56,207 bases of DNA from Candidatus Methylarchaceae archaeon HK02M2 (lineage in GTDB: Archaea > Thermoproteota > Nitrososphaeria > Nitrososphaerales > JACAEJ01). Position 1 is the first letter of the stretch. Each line of letters opens with the position of its first letter. Shown here piece by piece: positions 9,196 through 18,994 of the stretch. The notes beneath the pieces are model-generated. The model was not told the DNA's origin. It searched no databases and saw nothing but the letters and a program-made list of their open reading frames with translations. Position numbers and translations under genes: made by a program. The stretch covers positions 1 through 56,207 of the forward strand of contig JAKLZG010000027.1 in assembly GCA_024256165.1 (NCBI GenBank), read 5' to 3'.

Positions 9196-10512
9196 TTGAC
9201 CGATTTAGCACTTAAAGAAGCATTGAAGCTTGGTGCAACAGATGTATCTGCCATATGTGCCCAAACGATTGAAAACCAGATCAGGTTCAGTAATAACTCA
9301 ATTACTGTTACCAAGAATATAAAGAACTTGGAGCTCTTCCTTTATGTTGCAAAGGATAAAAAGAGGATGATAGGTGCTACATCCAATCCTAGTGTGGTAG
9401 GTTTAAAAAAATTTACCTCAGATCTGATAAAAGCATGTGAGCTGATCTCACCAAGTCCTGAGTATACACCATTACCAAGAGGAGAATTCGAATATTCATC
9501 ACATAGGATGTATGATAAAAAAATAGTTGAAGATGAAATAAAATTGATAGAATTTGCTAAGGAAGCAGTAGATGCAGGGATCGATGCAGGCGCGACTAGA
9601 GTTTCAGGTTCTTTGATGGCATCAGAAGAAGAGCTCAATATCTTAACATCAGGTAATGTTACTGGTGAAGATAAAACCACAAAGATACTACTTAATGTAA
9701 GGGCTTTTACTGAAGAAGAAACGAGTGGTCACGGTCTATCATGTGCCGCAAAGCTCACCGACTTTAAACCTTCTGAAGCAGGAAGTACAGCAGGAGATTA
9801 TGCAAAAAGTTCGATCGATCCCCACCCTTGGGAAGAGGGAATATATGACCTTGTTACAATGCCTACTGTAACAGCAGATATAGTTCAGCATACTGGCTCT
9901 TTTTCATCAGCTTTTATTGTAGATGCTGGGCTCTCTTTCTTGGCCGATAAAGTTGGTCAGAAGGTGGGTGTTGATGAATTTACTCTAAGAGACTATGGTG
10001 TGATCGAAGGAGGTTTTGGTGGAAGGATTTTTGATGATGAGGGCTTACCAACTCATGAGAATATAATTATCGAGAAAGGTGTATTGAAGGGTTACCTCCA
10101 CAATAGCACTACAGCTAGAAAATTTGGTAAGTCTCCTACTGGCAATGCTGGAATAATAGAACCTCATCCTTGGAACCTTGTTGTGGACCCTGGGAAGATG
10201 AGTGTAGATGATCTAATAAAAGAAGTAAATAGAGGTATTTTAGTAACGAATAATTGGTATACAAGATTTCAGAATATCAGGACTGGAGAGTACTCGACGA
10301 TTCCTAGAGATGCAGCATTCTTGATAGAATATGGTAAGATAAAACACCCGGTCGCAGGGCTTAGAATAAGTGATAGCATTCCAAGACAGCTTACTAGTAT
10401 CCTTGGCATATCTAATGAAAGAAAGTGGGTTGAATGGTGGGAAGTATCTATCCCAACTCTTGCTCCTGCGATGCTGATTAAAGATGTTACAATAACGAAG
10501 GCTTTAATATGA
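9196..10512 (+). CDS. pmbA: PmbA/TldE-family protein (TldD partner)
   Basis: 438 aa, TTG start. TldD/PmbA fold without HExxxH, immediately downstream of tldD. Confidence 0.85.
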   Translation: MTDLALKEALKLGATDVSAICAQTIENQIRFSNNSITVTKNIKNLELFLYVAKDKKRMIGATSNPSVVGLKKFTSDLIKACELISPSPEYTPLPRGEFEYSSHRMYDKKIVEDEIKLIEFAKEAVDAGIDAGATRVSGSLMASEEELNILTSGNVTGEDKTTKILLNVRAFTEEETSGHGLSCAAKLTDFKPSEAGSTAGDYAKSSIDPHPWEEGIYDLVTMPTVTADIVQHTGSFSSAFIVDAGLSFLADKVGQKVGVDEFTLRDYGVIEGGFGGRIFDDEGLPTHENIIIEKGVLKGYLHNSTTARKFGKSPTGNAGIIEPHPWNLVVDPGKMSVDDLIKEVNRGILVTNNWYTRFQNIRTGEYSTIPRDAAFLIEYGKIKHPVAGLRISDSIPRQLTSILGISNERKWVEWWEVSIPTLAPAMLIKDVTITKALI

Positions 10513-10586
10513 TTTTACTATAAGAGTAAAATATAAAAGATAGAAAAATTTCATTCATATACAAAGTTATAGGTGAACAAAAAAAA

Positions 10587-11174
10587 ATGTGTGCACAAGC
10601 TATTCCTGCAATCACTCAATCTGGACAGCCGATCCTAATCCTGAGAGAGGGTACTGCGCAAACAAAGGGTAAAGATGCCCAGAAAAATAACATAACAGCA
10701 GCTAAACTGGTCGCGGAGGTCGTAAGGTCCTCTTTAGGGCCTCGTGGGATGGACAAGATGCTCGTAGACGGTCTAGGTGACGTAACAATTACCAGCGATG
10801 GAGCAACAATTCTGAAGGAGATCGATATCCAACATCCATCTGCAAAGATGATGGTTGAAATCGCAAAGACTACGGACAACGAAGTTGGAGACGGAACAAC
10901 CTCTTCAGTAGTCCTTGCGGGAGGTCTTTTAGAGAGAGCTCTCGAACTAATTGAGAAGGAAGTTCATCCGACAACTATCGTTCAGGGTTATAGAAGTGCA
11001 GCCGAGCAAGCATTAAAGGTACTTGAGAAAATAGCAATGAAGATACCCCCTGACGATAAAGAATGGTTGGCCCGTATAGCTAAAACAAGCATGGAAACCA
11101 AGATGGTATCATCGGAAAGTGGAATATTGGCTGAAATTATAGTCGACGCCCTTCTTCAAGTGTCTGAAAGGTAA
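10587..11174 (+). CDS. ths: thermosome (group II chaperonin) subunit, N-terminal fragment ending at a frameshift
   Basis: [28 protein letters not shown] and [13 protein letters not shown] are thermosome equatorial-domain motifs. The frame stops at TAA 11172-11174. Confidence 0.9.
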   Translation: MCAQAIPAITQSGQPILILREGTAQTKGKDAQKNNITAAKLVAEVVRSSLGPRGMDKMLVDGLGDVTITSDGATILKEIDIQHPSAKMMVEIAKTTDNEVGDGTTSSVVLAGGLLERALELIEKEVHPTTIVQGYRSAAEQALKVLEKIAMKIPPDDKEWLARIAKTSMETKMVSSESGILAEIIVDALLQVSER

Positions 11175-12247
11175 ACGATACATACAAAGTCGATATAGAC
11201 GATGTTAAAGTAGAGAAAAAACCTGGCACCTCTTTAGGTGAAACCTCTCTAATAAAAGGCGTAGTAATCGACAAAGAAGTAGTTCATGCTGGAATGCCTA
11301 AGAAGATCAAAGATGCAAAGATAGTCCTCATTAATGCTCCTCTTGAGGTAGAGAAGACAGAGTTCGATGCTAAGATCAATATTAACAACCCTGAACAGAT
11401 AAAGATGTTCCTTGATGAGGAGAACCGCATGTTGAAGGATATGGTAGACAAGATTTCTGATGTTGGCGCCAATATCGTTGTCTGTCAAAAGGGTATCGAT
11501 GATGTCGCACAGCACTATCTTGCAAAAACTAACATGATGGCGGTTAGAAGAGTAAAGCAGAGCGATATGGATAAATTGGCAAAAGCTACTGGAGGCAGAG
11601 TAATAACAACCCTTGAAGACATGTCTGAAAGTGACTTGGGATTTGCTGAACTGGTTGAAGAAAGGAAGATCGAGGAGGATAAGTGGGTATTCATAGAAGG
11701 ATGTAAGAATCCTAAGGCTGTAACGATTCTGATTCGAGGAGGGACTCAAAGAATAGTCGATGAGGCGGAAAGGTCGATGCATGATGCTATTTGCGTAACA
11801 AGAGATGTTATGCAGAAACCTGCTATAGTTGCGGGTGGTGGAGCACCAGAAGCCCAGATAGCTCATGAATTACAAGAGTGGTCACATACACTTACTGGGA
11901 GAGAACAACTAGCGGTTCAAAAATTTGCAGAATCTATCGAAGTCATTCCTTTAACATTGGCTGAAAATGCTGGACTTGACCTAATAGACACATTGGTAGA
12001 GTTAAGGTCAAAACACGGTCAAGGTCAAATATGGGCTGGTATCGGAATCAAGGACGGAGGAATTATCGATACATATGAGGCAGGTGTCTATGAGCCAGTG
12101 GTCGTCAAGGAGCAGATAATAAAGTCAGCTACAGAAGCTGCATGTATGATACTCAGAATCGATGATGTAATAGCAGCCAGTAAAATGAGAGAGCCATCGA
12201 GGCCACCTGGTGGGATGCCAGGTGGAATGCCTGAGGAGTATGATTAA
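11168..12247 (+). CDS. ths: thermosome subunit, remaining apical and C-terminal part in the -1 frame (first canonical start only at 11294)
   Basis: The frame opens at 11168 and reads [47 protein letters not shown]..., continuing the protein seamlessly. It ends with the GGMPGGMP tail. Confidence 0.9.
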   Translation, partial: KVNDTYKVDIDDVKVEKKPGTSLGETSLIKGVVIDKEVVHAGMPKKIKDAKIVLINAPLEVEKTEFDAKININNPEQIKMFLDEENRMLKDMVDKISDVGANIVVCQKGIDDVAQHYLAKTNMMAVRRVKQSDMDKLAKATGGRVITTLEDMSESDLGFAELVEERKIEEDKWVFIEGCKNPKAVTILIRGGTQRIVDEAERSMHDAICVTRDVMQKPAIVAGGGAPEAQIAHELQEWSHTLTGREQLAVQKFAESIEVIPLTLAENAGLDLIDTLVELRSKHGQGQIWAGIGIKDGGIIDTYEAGVYEPVVVKEQIIKSATEAACMILRIDDVIAASKMREPSRPPGGMPGGMPEEYD

Positions 12248-12258
12248 ACCCTCCTCAA

Positions 12259-12290
12259 TTTTTTATTTCAATTTTAATCATCATTTTTTC
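12259..12290 (+). terminator. oligo-T tracts after the thermosome gene (archaeal-type terminator candidate)
   Basis: caattttttatttcaattttaatcatcattttttc, directly after the stop. Confidence 0.35.
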
Positions 12291-12362
12291 TCTAATTATT
12301 TATAAACTAATAGAGCACCCCTGATTTATAATACTATATTTAATGTAAATCAGGTGTGAAGT

Positions 12363-13700
12363 TTGCTGAAATACGATCTCATAATAGTAGGTGCTGGAAC
12401 TGCTGGATGTATGGCTGGTATAGCTGCTGCTGAGCAAAGTTCGAAAGTATTGATGCTGGACTGTAAAGATTTCAAAGAGATAGGTGAGAAAGTCTGCGGG
12501 GATGCTATAGGTAAACATCACTTCAAAACTGTGAAATTAAAGAATCCTCCAAGTAATGTTATAAAAGGTAGGATGGATGCCATCTTTGTCTATTCTCCCT
12601 CTGGAAGGCATGGATATGAAGTTGAAGGGGATGGTTATGCTTTAAATAGATACGAGTTTGGTCGTTGGCTCTTAAATCAAGCTTTAGATAAAGGTGTAGA
12701 AATGAAATCTAATACAAAAGTAATTTCACCCATTTTGGATAAAGAAAAGGCTATTGGCGTGAAAGTATTAAATAAAAAACAGGGAGTAAGTCTATCGTTC
12801 TTGGGTAGAACAGTTATAGATGCAAGTGGCTGGACTGGAGTTTTAAGAAGAACTTTACCTGAAATGCATGGAATCGTCAAAGAACCGCCTTGGGAAGATT
12901 TTGCAGTATGCTATAGGGAAGTCAGAGAGTTAAAAGTCAACATAGAAGATCAAAATTGTGCTAAAATCTATTTAGATGCGAATATTGCCCCTCAAGGATA
13001 TTGGTGGTTCTTCCCTCAAGGTGATAATCTCGTAAATATAGGTATAGGGGTTAAAGGTGGATGTGGAAACGATCCAAAGCATATCTTCAAAGATCATTTA
13101 GCAAATCTTCCTATTCTTAAGGATTCGAAGATCCTCACAGGAGGCGGTGGAGTTGTACCTACTCGAAGACCTCTTCATTCTCTAGTAGTATATGGAACAA
13201 TATTTGCAGGTGACTCTGGTTTTACTGCAAATCCAATACATGGAGGCGGTATTGGACAGTCAATGATAGCTGGAAGTATAGCTGGGAGAATTGCCATAGA
13301 AAGTTTGAGTGATGATGATCCAAGCAAAATATTATGGAAAGTCAATAAAGAGTTTGTTGACGCTTATGGAATGAAAGCTGCTAGTTTAGAGATCTTTAAA
13401 ATCTTTTTACAAGAGTTAGATAATGAGGACCTTGAGTTCGGTATAGAAAATAGGCTGATCACTAACTCTGACTTGGAAAGGCTTAGTTATGGGAATGGTG
13501 ATTTATCAATAACGGAAAAAGCTAGAAGAATGATTAGGGGAATGAAGAGACCAAGCATTCTTAGAAATTTAGCTGAAACAGCTAGATATATGAATAAAGT
13601 CAAAAAACTCTACGAAAATTATCCTGAAAAAGAAGATTATGAAATTTGGTCTAAATCTGTTCTTGATATATTTTGCGAATTCAAAAAGATTAGGATTTGA
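12363..13700 (+). CDS. geranylgeranyl reductase family flavoprotein
   Basis: 445 aa, TTG start preceded by GGTG. FAD motif YDLIIVGAGTAGCMAG and the later GDSGF motif. Confidence 0.8.
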   Translation: MLKYDLIIVGAGTAGCMAGIAAAEQSSKVLMLDCKDFKEIGEKVCGDAIGKHHFKTVKLKNPPSNVIKGRMDAIFVYSPSGRHGYEVEGDGYALNRYEFGRWLLNQALDKGVEMKSNTKVISPILDKEKAIGVKVLNKKQGVSLSFLGRTVIDASGWTGVLRRTLPEMHGIVKEPPWEDFAVCYREVRELKVNIEDQNCAKIYLDANIAPQGYWWFFPQGDNLVNIGIGVKGGCGNDPKHIFKDHLANLPILKDSKILTGGGGVVPTRRPLHSLVVYGTIFAGDSGFTANPIHGGGIGQSMIAGSIAGRIAIESLSDDDPSKILWKVNKEFVDAYGMKAASLEIFKIFLQELDNEDLEFGIENRLITNSDLERLSYGNGDLSITEKARRMIRGMKRPSILRNLAETARYMNKVKKLYENYPEKEDYEIWSKSVLDIFCEFKKIRI

Positions 13701-13781
13701 TCACTACTATCTGAAATGGAAGATAACTTCAATGTTATCTTCCATTATTATGCAAAGTTTTGGAGGGAGGCTATCAATAGG

Positions 13782-14102
13782 TTAAGTCTTTAAGATTACT
13801 TCTTTTACTTTCTTTTTAGATCTGGAAACTGACTTTTTTGATTTACGTGAATTTCTCTTCTTTTGTTGAGGTTTTGGTGAACTGTCATGGAATTGAGCTG
13901 TTTCAGATTTTGTAGATAAAGACTCTGTAGAACTGGGCGCCTCATAAGCAACTTTTATAGCTTCTATGAGATCATCTGCTTTAGAATTTTGATCTCCAGT
14001 CTCTATTGTTACTTTTTCGGGGCTTACCTCATTAATAGGTGTCATGGGAGGTGCACTTTCTACTATATTAAACCAGCTTTTTATCCTATTTAGAATTCCC
14101 AT
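13782..14102 (-). CDS. hypothetical small protein: amphipathic N-terminus, low-complexity middle, Lys/Ser/Arg-rich tail
   Basis: 106-aa ORF (MGILNRIKSWFN...KKRNSRKSKKSVSRSKKKVKE). No family recognised. Confidence 0.4.
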   Translation of the reverse strand: MGILNRIKSWFNIVESAPPMTPINEVSPEKVTIETGDQNSKADDLIEAIKVAYEAPSSTESLSTKSETAQFHDSSPKPQQKKRNSRKSKKSVSRSKKKVKEVILKT

Positions 14103-14267
14103 CTTAAAAAATTTATTTACATTAGGAAGATTTGTAAATAATTGTCAACTTCTTTAAACAATCATGTCAAAGACAAAAAGATTGAGTATCATTTATTAAG
14201 AGTTATAGTTAAAAATTTCATAAAAAGAGGTACTTTTAAATGCATTGTTGTACATCCTTTATCTAGA

Positions 14268-14774
14268 TTGTGGAAGAGAATTCAAACTCAGTTTAAAAGG
14301 CAGAAAAGTAGGTTAAATGTTGTTAAAAAGATGGTAGAGGTAGGTATAAGAATAGATGGAAGAGGTAAATTGTATATAGATGATATAGAGATCGATGATA
14401 CAGCAATTGCTAGATCAGTTGGTGTTGATAGAAGAGTTGTGAAGAGTGCCGCGAAACAGATTCTAGCCAATCCAGAGTTACGCGGAATATTCATGAGAAT
14501 AAAGTCTGTTGGAGCTAGTTTAGTCGAGGTATCGGAAATTCTAGGATATAGTGTTTTAATCGTAAGATCAGATCCACATAAACCAGGTGTTATTGCTAGT
14601 GTAACAGCTATATTAGCAAAATACGGTTTGGTAGTTAGACAAGCTCTTGCTGAAGATCCTGATTTAGCTCCTGAGCCTAGTCTAACTCTCGTAATAGATG
14701 GAAAGATGCCAGTAAAAGCCATACATGAAATAGCAGATCTTCCATTAGTAGAAAGCTTAACAATGTTGAAATAG
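14268..14774 (+). CDS. ACT-domain regulator of amino-acid metabolism (COG2150-like)
   Basis: I place the start at the in-frame TTG 14268, giving MWKRIQTQF..., with a TTTTAAAT box about 30 nt upstream. VGVDRRVV and a C-terminal ACT-like segment (GVIASVTAILAKYGLVVRQALAEDPDL) are present. The ORF track's 14142 start adds junk-like AT-rich residues. Confidence 0.6.
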   Translation: MWKRIQTQFKRQKSRLNVVKKMVEVGIRIDGRGKLYIDDIEIDDTAIARSVGVDRRVVKSAAKQILANPELRGIFMRIKSVGASLVEVSEILGYSVLIVRSDPHKPGVIASVTAILAKYGLVVRQALAEDPDLAPEPSLTLVIDGKMPVKAIHEIADLPLVESLTMLK

Positions 14775-14812
14775 CAATTATTCCACAAAAACTTTCTAAA
14801 AATTATTGGTTA

Positions 14813-16087
14813 TTAACTCTTTGCAATTACGTCTAGTCCATTCATATAAGGTTTAAGAATTTTTGGTATCCTGATAGAACAATCCTTTTCTTGATAGTTT
14901 TCCATTATAGCTATCAATGTCCTTTCAGTTGCTATAGCAGTGCTATTTAACGTGTGAACGAATAATGGCTTTTGGTTAGGTCTTTCTCTATACCTTATAT
15001 TTAGCCTCCTAGCTTGATATTCTAAGCAGTTGGAACAACTTACCACTTCTCTATATTTTCTTTGACCTGGTAACCATGCCTCTAAATCGAATTTCTTTGC
15101 AGCGACTGTTCCAAGATCTCCTATACAGACGTTCATTACCCTATATGGTATATTAAGTAGTTGAAGTATTTCTTCAGCATTTCTTAATAGTAGTTCATGA
15201 ATCTCCCATGAATCATTAGGTTTACAAAATGTAAATTGCTCTACCTTTTCAAATTGGTGCACTCGAAAGATTCCCTTTGTGTCTCTCCCATGTGCTCCAG
15301 CCTCCTTTCTATAACAAGGGCTTATGCCAGCATATTTTAGAGGAAGAATCTTTCCTCCAAGAATCTCATCTTTATGTAGACCGGCTATGGAATGTTCAGA
15401 TGTAGCTAATAGATAGAGATTCTCTCCTTCTACCTTATAAATGGCATCCTTGAAATCTGATAGAGCTACACAACCAGCTACAACATCTCTGCGAAGCATA
15501 TATGGGGTCTGAACAATCGTAAAGCCTTTTTTTCTCATAAAATCCAAGCCAAATTTAATTAGGGCAAAGTTCAGTAAGACTAAGTTCCCTTTTAAGTAGT
15601 AGAACCTTGAACCGGCGACCTTTGCTGCCCTTTCTATATCTATTAAGTCCAATTTGAGTCCAAGGTCGATATGATCTTTTGGTCGAAATTTGAAATTCGG
15701 AAATTCACCCCATCTTCTTATCTCAACATTATCGCTCTCATCCTTACCATATGGAACTGTTTTATCTGGTATATTCGGAATAACCATCAATACATCCTGC
15801 ATTTTTTCTCCTAGCTCCCTAATTTTTACATCAGCATTTGCGATCTTATCCGAAATTTTCTTCATCTCTTCAATATCTTTCTGCACATCTTTGTTCTCTT
15901 TTTTCATCTTCGCAATCTTCTCAGATACCAGATTTCTCTCATGCTTTAACTTTTGAGTATTAGTTATGATCTTTCTTCTCTTTGTATCATAATCGATTAG
16001 ACGGTCTAAAGGTACATTCATGGCCCTCATATTTAGCATTTCCTTGATCATAACCTGATTTTCGCGAATAAACTTAATATCAAGCAT
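14813..16087 (-). CDS. serS: seryl-tRNA synthetase
   Basis: MLDIKFIRENQ N-terminus with a coiled-coil arm, plus class II motifs (FRVHQFEKVEQF, GSRFYYL). ATG at 16087 is preceded by GGTGG. The ORF track starts 4 codons earlier, at a TTG. Confidence 0.95.
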   Translation of the reverse strand: MLDIKFIRENQVMIKEMLNMRAMNVPLDRLIDYDTKRRKIITNTQKLKHERNLVSEKIAKMKKENKDVQKDIEEMKKISDKIANADVKIRELGEKMQDVLMVIPNIPDKTVPYGKDESDNVEIRRWGEFPNFKFRPKDHIDLGLKLDLIDIERAAKVAGSRFYYLKGNLVLLNFALIKFGLDFMRKKGFTIVQTPYMLRRDVVAGCVALSDFKDAIYKVEGENLYLLATSEHSIAGLHKDEILGGKILPLKYAGISPCYRKEAGAHGRDTKGIFRVHQFEKVEQFTFCKPNDSWEIHELLLRNAEEILQLLNIPYRVMNVCIGDLGTVAAKKFDLEAWLPGQRKYREVVSCSNCLEYQARRLNIRYRERPNQKPLFVHTLNSTAIATERTLIAIMENYQEKDCSIRIPKILKPYMNGLDVIAKS

Positions 16088-16215
16088 AATAGCCACCAAT
16101 TATAAACTTGAAAAAGATCTATTAGTAATTATCGTTATATAACTAATAGTAGTTGGATTATTCGTTCTTATAGTGTCTTTTGATCACTTTTTCTATTATG
16201 ATAATTATTTTCATC

Positions 16216-16470
16216 TTATTCGAATACTAAAAGCTCTAGTAGAGTATTTATTGACGCTTGACAACATGCTAAAAGATCATCTATTGCCGAGATCAATGTT
16301 TCCAATCTTTTAGTTGAGAAGAAAATAATTATCACGTGTTTTCCCCTAACTTTCATTTCTATATCCAAACCTTCAGGTATATTTGTATTGTCAGGTTTGA
16401 GAGAACTATAAATTGTCTTTGCTACAATACTTTCCTTTAAATCAATCGATATTTTAACCTTAATTTTCAT
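16216..16470 (-). CDS. pcc1: KEOPS subunit Pcc1-like
   Basis: 84 aa. Aligns by eye along the remembered P. furiosus Pcc1 (VAK..Y..L.P......I....G..III....T....L...I...L). Confidence 0.7.
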   Translation of the reverse strand: MKIKVKISIDLKESIVAKTIYSSLKPDNTNIPEGLDIEMKVRGKHVIIIFFSTKRLETLISAIDDLLACCQASINTLLELLVFE

Positions 16471-17890
16471 TTAACTGCCTAAGCTTATCTTCTATAACTT
16501 TTAAGAATTCATCTAGTTTTTGCTGAGGAACTCTTGATCCTGCTGCTATATTATGCCCGCCTCCTTCACCACCAAATTTTTTGGCCTCTGCCATTATCGA
16601 CCCCAAATTCAAAATTGGGTTACAACCTTGAGTTAACCTAGCAGAAAAACTAATTTCGTTATCTTCTGTAGTTGTTCTGACTAAAAGTGGTTTTCCTCTA
16701 AACTTCTTTATATCGCTTAAAATTGAGGCCAATGAGCCTAAAATATTCTCATCTATAAAACCATCACCTATAATCATGAACGACCATTCCCCCTCAACTA
16801 CTCTGCTATTATCGCTTATGATATTTTGGACGTATTTGCCAAGTGTAGATCTATATTCTGCCAGAACTTTCTCTCCTTCCTGTAAACCAAGATACCTATC
16901 TCTAAGGCAAATCGAGATTCCTACCCCTCCTTTCCTCATCCTTCCACAAGCGTTCAACAATGTGGCAAATTCTCTACAATCTCTAAGAGGTGTATCTTTT
17001 TCCTCCATCTCTAAAATGTAGACATCTCCTATCAACTCTTTCACTTTTTCTGTAGCAGTAGGTGTTTGTACAATATACGGTATGATAGCCTCAATGACTT
17101 TCTTTTTTTCCTCCTCTGATAATTCAGCTATCGTCCTCCATTTTACACCATCTCTAAGATTTATGCCTGACGATGTGAGAGCTGCTAAACAAGTATCCCT
17201 ATTCCCTGTTAGTCCTGATAAAAAGGGCGCTATCGTCGAAGCTACGGCTTCATGTACAGGCCTTGTCTCTCTGCCATAAACCATAATATCCCTTATAACT
17301 TTGAGATATCCACTTTCAATAGCGTCCTTTACAATATTTTTATTCAATCCAAGCATGGACCTTCCCTCTCCTTGATCCTGCCTATCACCAAGAGCACCGA
17401 TTACAGCTAACCATGATAAATCTGTGTTTTTTTCATCCATTTGTAAAGATACTACGTAACTCATACCAGCCGCGCTTATTTCTTTTGTTCCATCTATGTC
17501 AAATTGCCATGAATTGATGACATTATCAAGTTTTTTTTCATCATCGCTAATCTGATGATGGTCTATGTTTATCCATTTATCGCCTAGAACTTCATTCATC
17601 TCCATCGCCATTCCTGCCCCCAACTCACAAAATATATAGAAGTCGTAGTCTCCTTCCTTCAAATCTTGGAGTGTTTTAGGTCTTAAACTATTGGTTATCC
17701 TCGTTATAAAACGTCCATCTTTTCTTTGTATCGTATTAGCTATTATACTTGCAGAAGTTATACCATCTGCATCAAAATGACCTACAATAATTATATTCTT
17801 TCTTTCTCTTATCTCTTGTAGAATTCTATTTCCGATACTTTTAGCCTTATCGTATAACCCTTCGATTTTTTCCATTACTTTATCTCTCAA
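16460..17890 (-). CDS. DHH/DHHA1 phosphoesterase, archaeal RecJ/Cdc45 (GAN)-like
   Basis: VGHFDADGITSA, NIDHHQ and GGGHNIAAG motifs. Immediately downstream of rps15. Confidence 0.85.
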   Translation of the reverse strand: MRDKVMEKIEGLYDKAKSIGNRILQEIRERKNIIIVGHFDADGITSASIIANTIQRKDGRFITRITNSLRPKTLQDLKEGDYDFYIFCELGAGMAMEMNEVLGDKWINIDHHQISDDEKKLDNVINSWQFDIDGTKEISAAGMSYVVSLQMDEKNTDLSWLAVIGALGDRQDQGEGRSMLGLNKNIVKDAIESGYLKVIRDIMVYGRETRPVHEAVASTIAPFLSGLTGNRDTCLAALTSSGINLRDGVKWRTIAELSEEEKKKVIEAIIPYIVQTPTATEKVKELIGDVYILEMEEKDTPLRDCREFATLLNACGRMRKGGVGISICLRDRYLGLQEGEKVLAEYRSTLGKYVQNIISDNSRVVEGEWSFMIIGDGFIDENILGSLASILSDIKKFRGKPLLVRTTTEDNEISFSARLTQGCNPILNLGSIMAEAKKFGGEGGGHNIAAGSRVPQQKLDEFLKVIEDKLRQLNEN

Positions 17891-17891
17891 T

Positions 17892-18341
17892 TTACATTAA
17901 TTGAGCCACAACTGTCGAGTATTTCCATTTAGCCTGTAACTTTCCTTTAGATTTATAATATTTTGCCAATCTATGAATCTTTGCTTCGATTAACTCAAGT
18001 GATCTAACATTCTTTCTATCACCTTTGTGTGTCTTAAGGTGAACTTGTAATTTCTTTGCTCTTTTTATAAGATTGTCTAATTCCTCAGGAATAGTCAGTC
18101 CTAAATCATGTTCTTCTAAAACTTCCAATATCGATTTTTGCAATATAGGCTTGACCAAAGGTATGTTATATTCGTCTCTTAGCTTCACTCCTATCTCGCT
18201 CGGAGTCAGACCGTCCTTAGCCATTGTGACTATCTGAGTTATGATCTCATCCGGGCTATATGTCAACCATGAAGGAGTTCTCTTAGAAATCGGGCGCACG
18301 GATTGTGATTTTCCCCTGCTAGGCGAGTGTATTCGAGCCAA
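17892..18341 (-). CDS. rps15: 30S ribosomal protein uS15 (S13e)
   Basis: (M)ARIHSPSRGKSQS...WKYS from the in-frame TTG at 18341 gives 149 aa, the typical length. The ORF track's 175-aa version overlaps the upstream gene. Confidence 0.9.
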   Translation of the reverse strand: MARIHSPSRGKSQSVRPISKRTPSWLTYSPDEIITQIVTMAKDGLTPSEIGVKLRDEYNIPLVKPILQKSILEVLEEHDLGLTIPEELDNLIKRAKKLQVHLKTHKGDRKNVRSLELIEAKIHRLAKYYKSKGKLQAKWKYSTVVAQLM

Positions 18342-18400
18342 GGTTCTCTTTTTAGTTGAGAATGCAATAAATAAATACTTTATCTTTCCATTTTTGGAAG

Positions 18401-18994
18401 CTACACACTGATATACCATTTAGCAAATTTATGGAATGTCCTTGCCCTATGAGAAAGATAATTCTTTTCTTCTAGAGACATCTCTCCAAAAGTTTTTTTT
18501 GAGCCTTTTGGTATGAATATCGGATCGAAACCAAATCCTGATCTGCCTTTAGGTTGTAATGAGATTTTTCCTTTCACTACTCCTTGAAAAGTCTTAATAA
18601 TACTTGGCTTATTGCCAAAAACAACTACCGACCTAAACTCAGCATCTCTATTTTTCATGCGGTTCATAAGTCTAAGGATGCCATTTACGCCCAACATCCT
18701 GTAGACATACGATGAGTAAGGTCCTGGAAAACCATTTAACATTTTCACGAAAAGTCCAGCATCTTCGATAATTGTAGGACGCTCACCTTGATCTAAAGCC
18801 TTCGATAAAGCATACACAGCTATCCTTCTCAAACTATCGTCTTGAATTTCATTAATTTTACCTTTAACCATCTTCAAATCGATTTCATAATTTGCAAGGA
18901 TATTTTTAGCTTCATTGAATTTGTATTCATTACTTGTAGCAAAATATATCAATTTACGACTATTCGACACGAGTATATCTGCCTCTTCTTCCAA
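18401..18994 (-). CDS. non-canonical purine NTP pyrophosphatase (HAM1/RdgB/ITPase)
   Basis: IYFATSNEYKFNEA, FGFDPIF and SHRA motifs. An alternative GTG start lies at 18970. Confidence 0.9.
   Translation of the reverse strand: MEEEADILVSNSRKLIYFATSNEYKFNEAKNILANYEIDLKMVKGKINEIQDDSLRRIAVYALSKALDQGERPTIIEDAGLFVKMLNGFPGPYSSYVYRMLGVNGILRLMNRMKNRDAEFRSVVVFGNKPSIIKTFQGVVKGKISLQPKGRSGFGFDPIFIPKGSKKTFGEMSLEEKNYLSHRARTFHKFAKWYISV

Noticed and set aside
12320-12354. 9-bp perfect inverted repeat (CCTGATTTA-17 nt-TAAATCAGG) flanking a TATA-like loop upstream of the GGR gene. A similar 8-bp repeat (CTATTAGT-15 nt-ACTAATAG) lies at 16119-16149 upstream of serS.
   Set aside because: My rough estimate for AT-rich intergenic DNA gives about one to three such repeats per window by chance. 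The two share no sequence. They could be operators, but the evidence is insufficient.
14142-14267. TTG 14142 as the start of the ACT-domain regulator (the ORF-track version, 210 aa)
   Set aside because: The extra 42 residues look like a translated AT-rich promoter, and the start would leave only 40 nt to the divergent gene. The in-frame TTG at 14268 gives an MWKRI... N-terminus of typical family length. Not proven.
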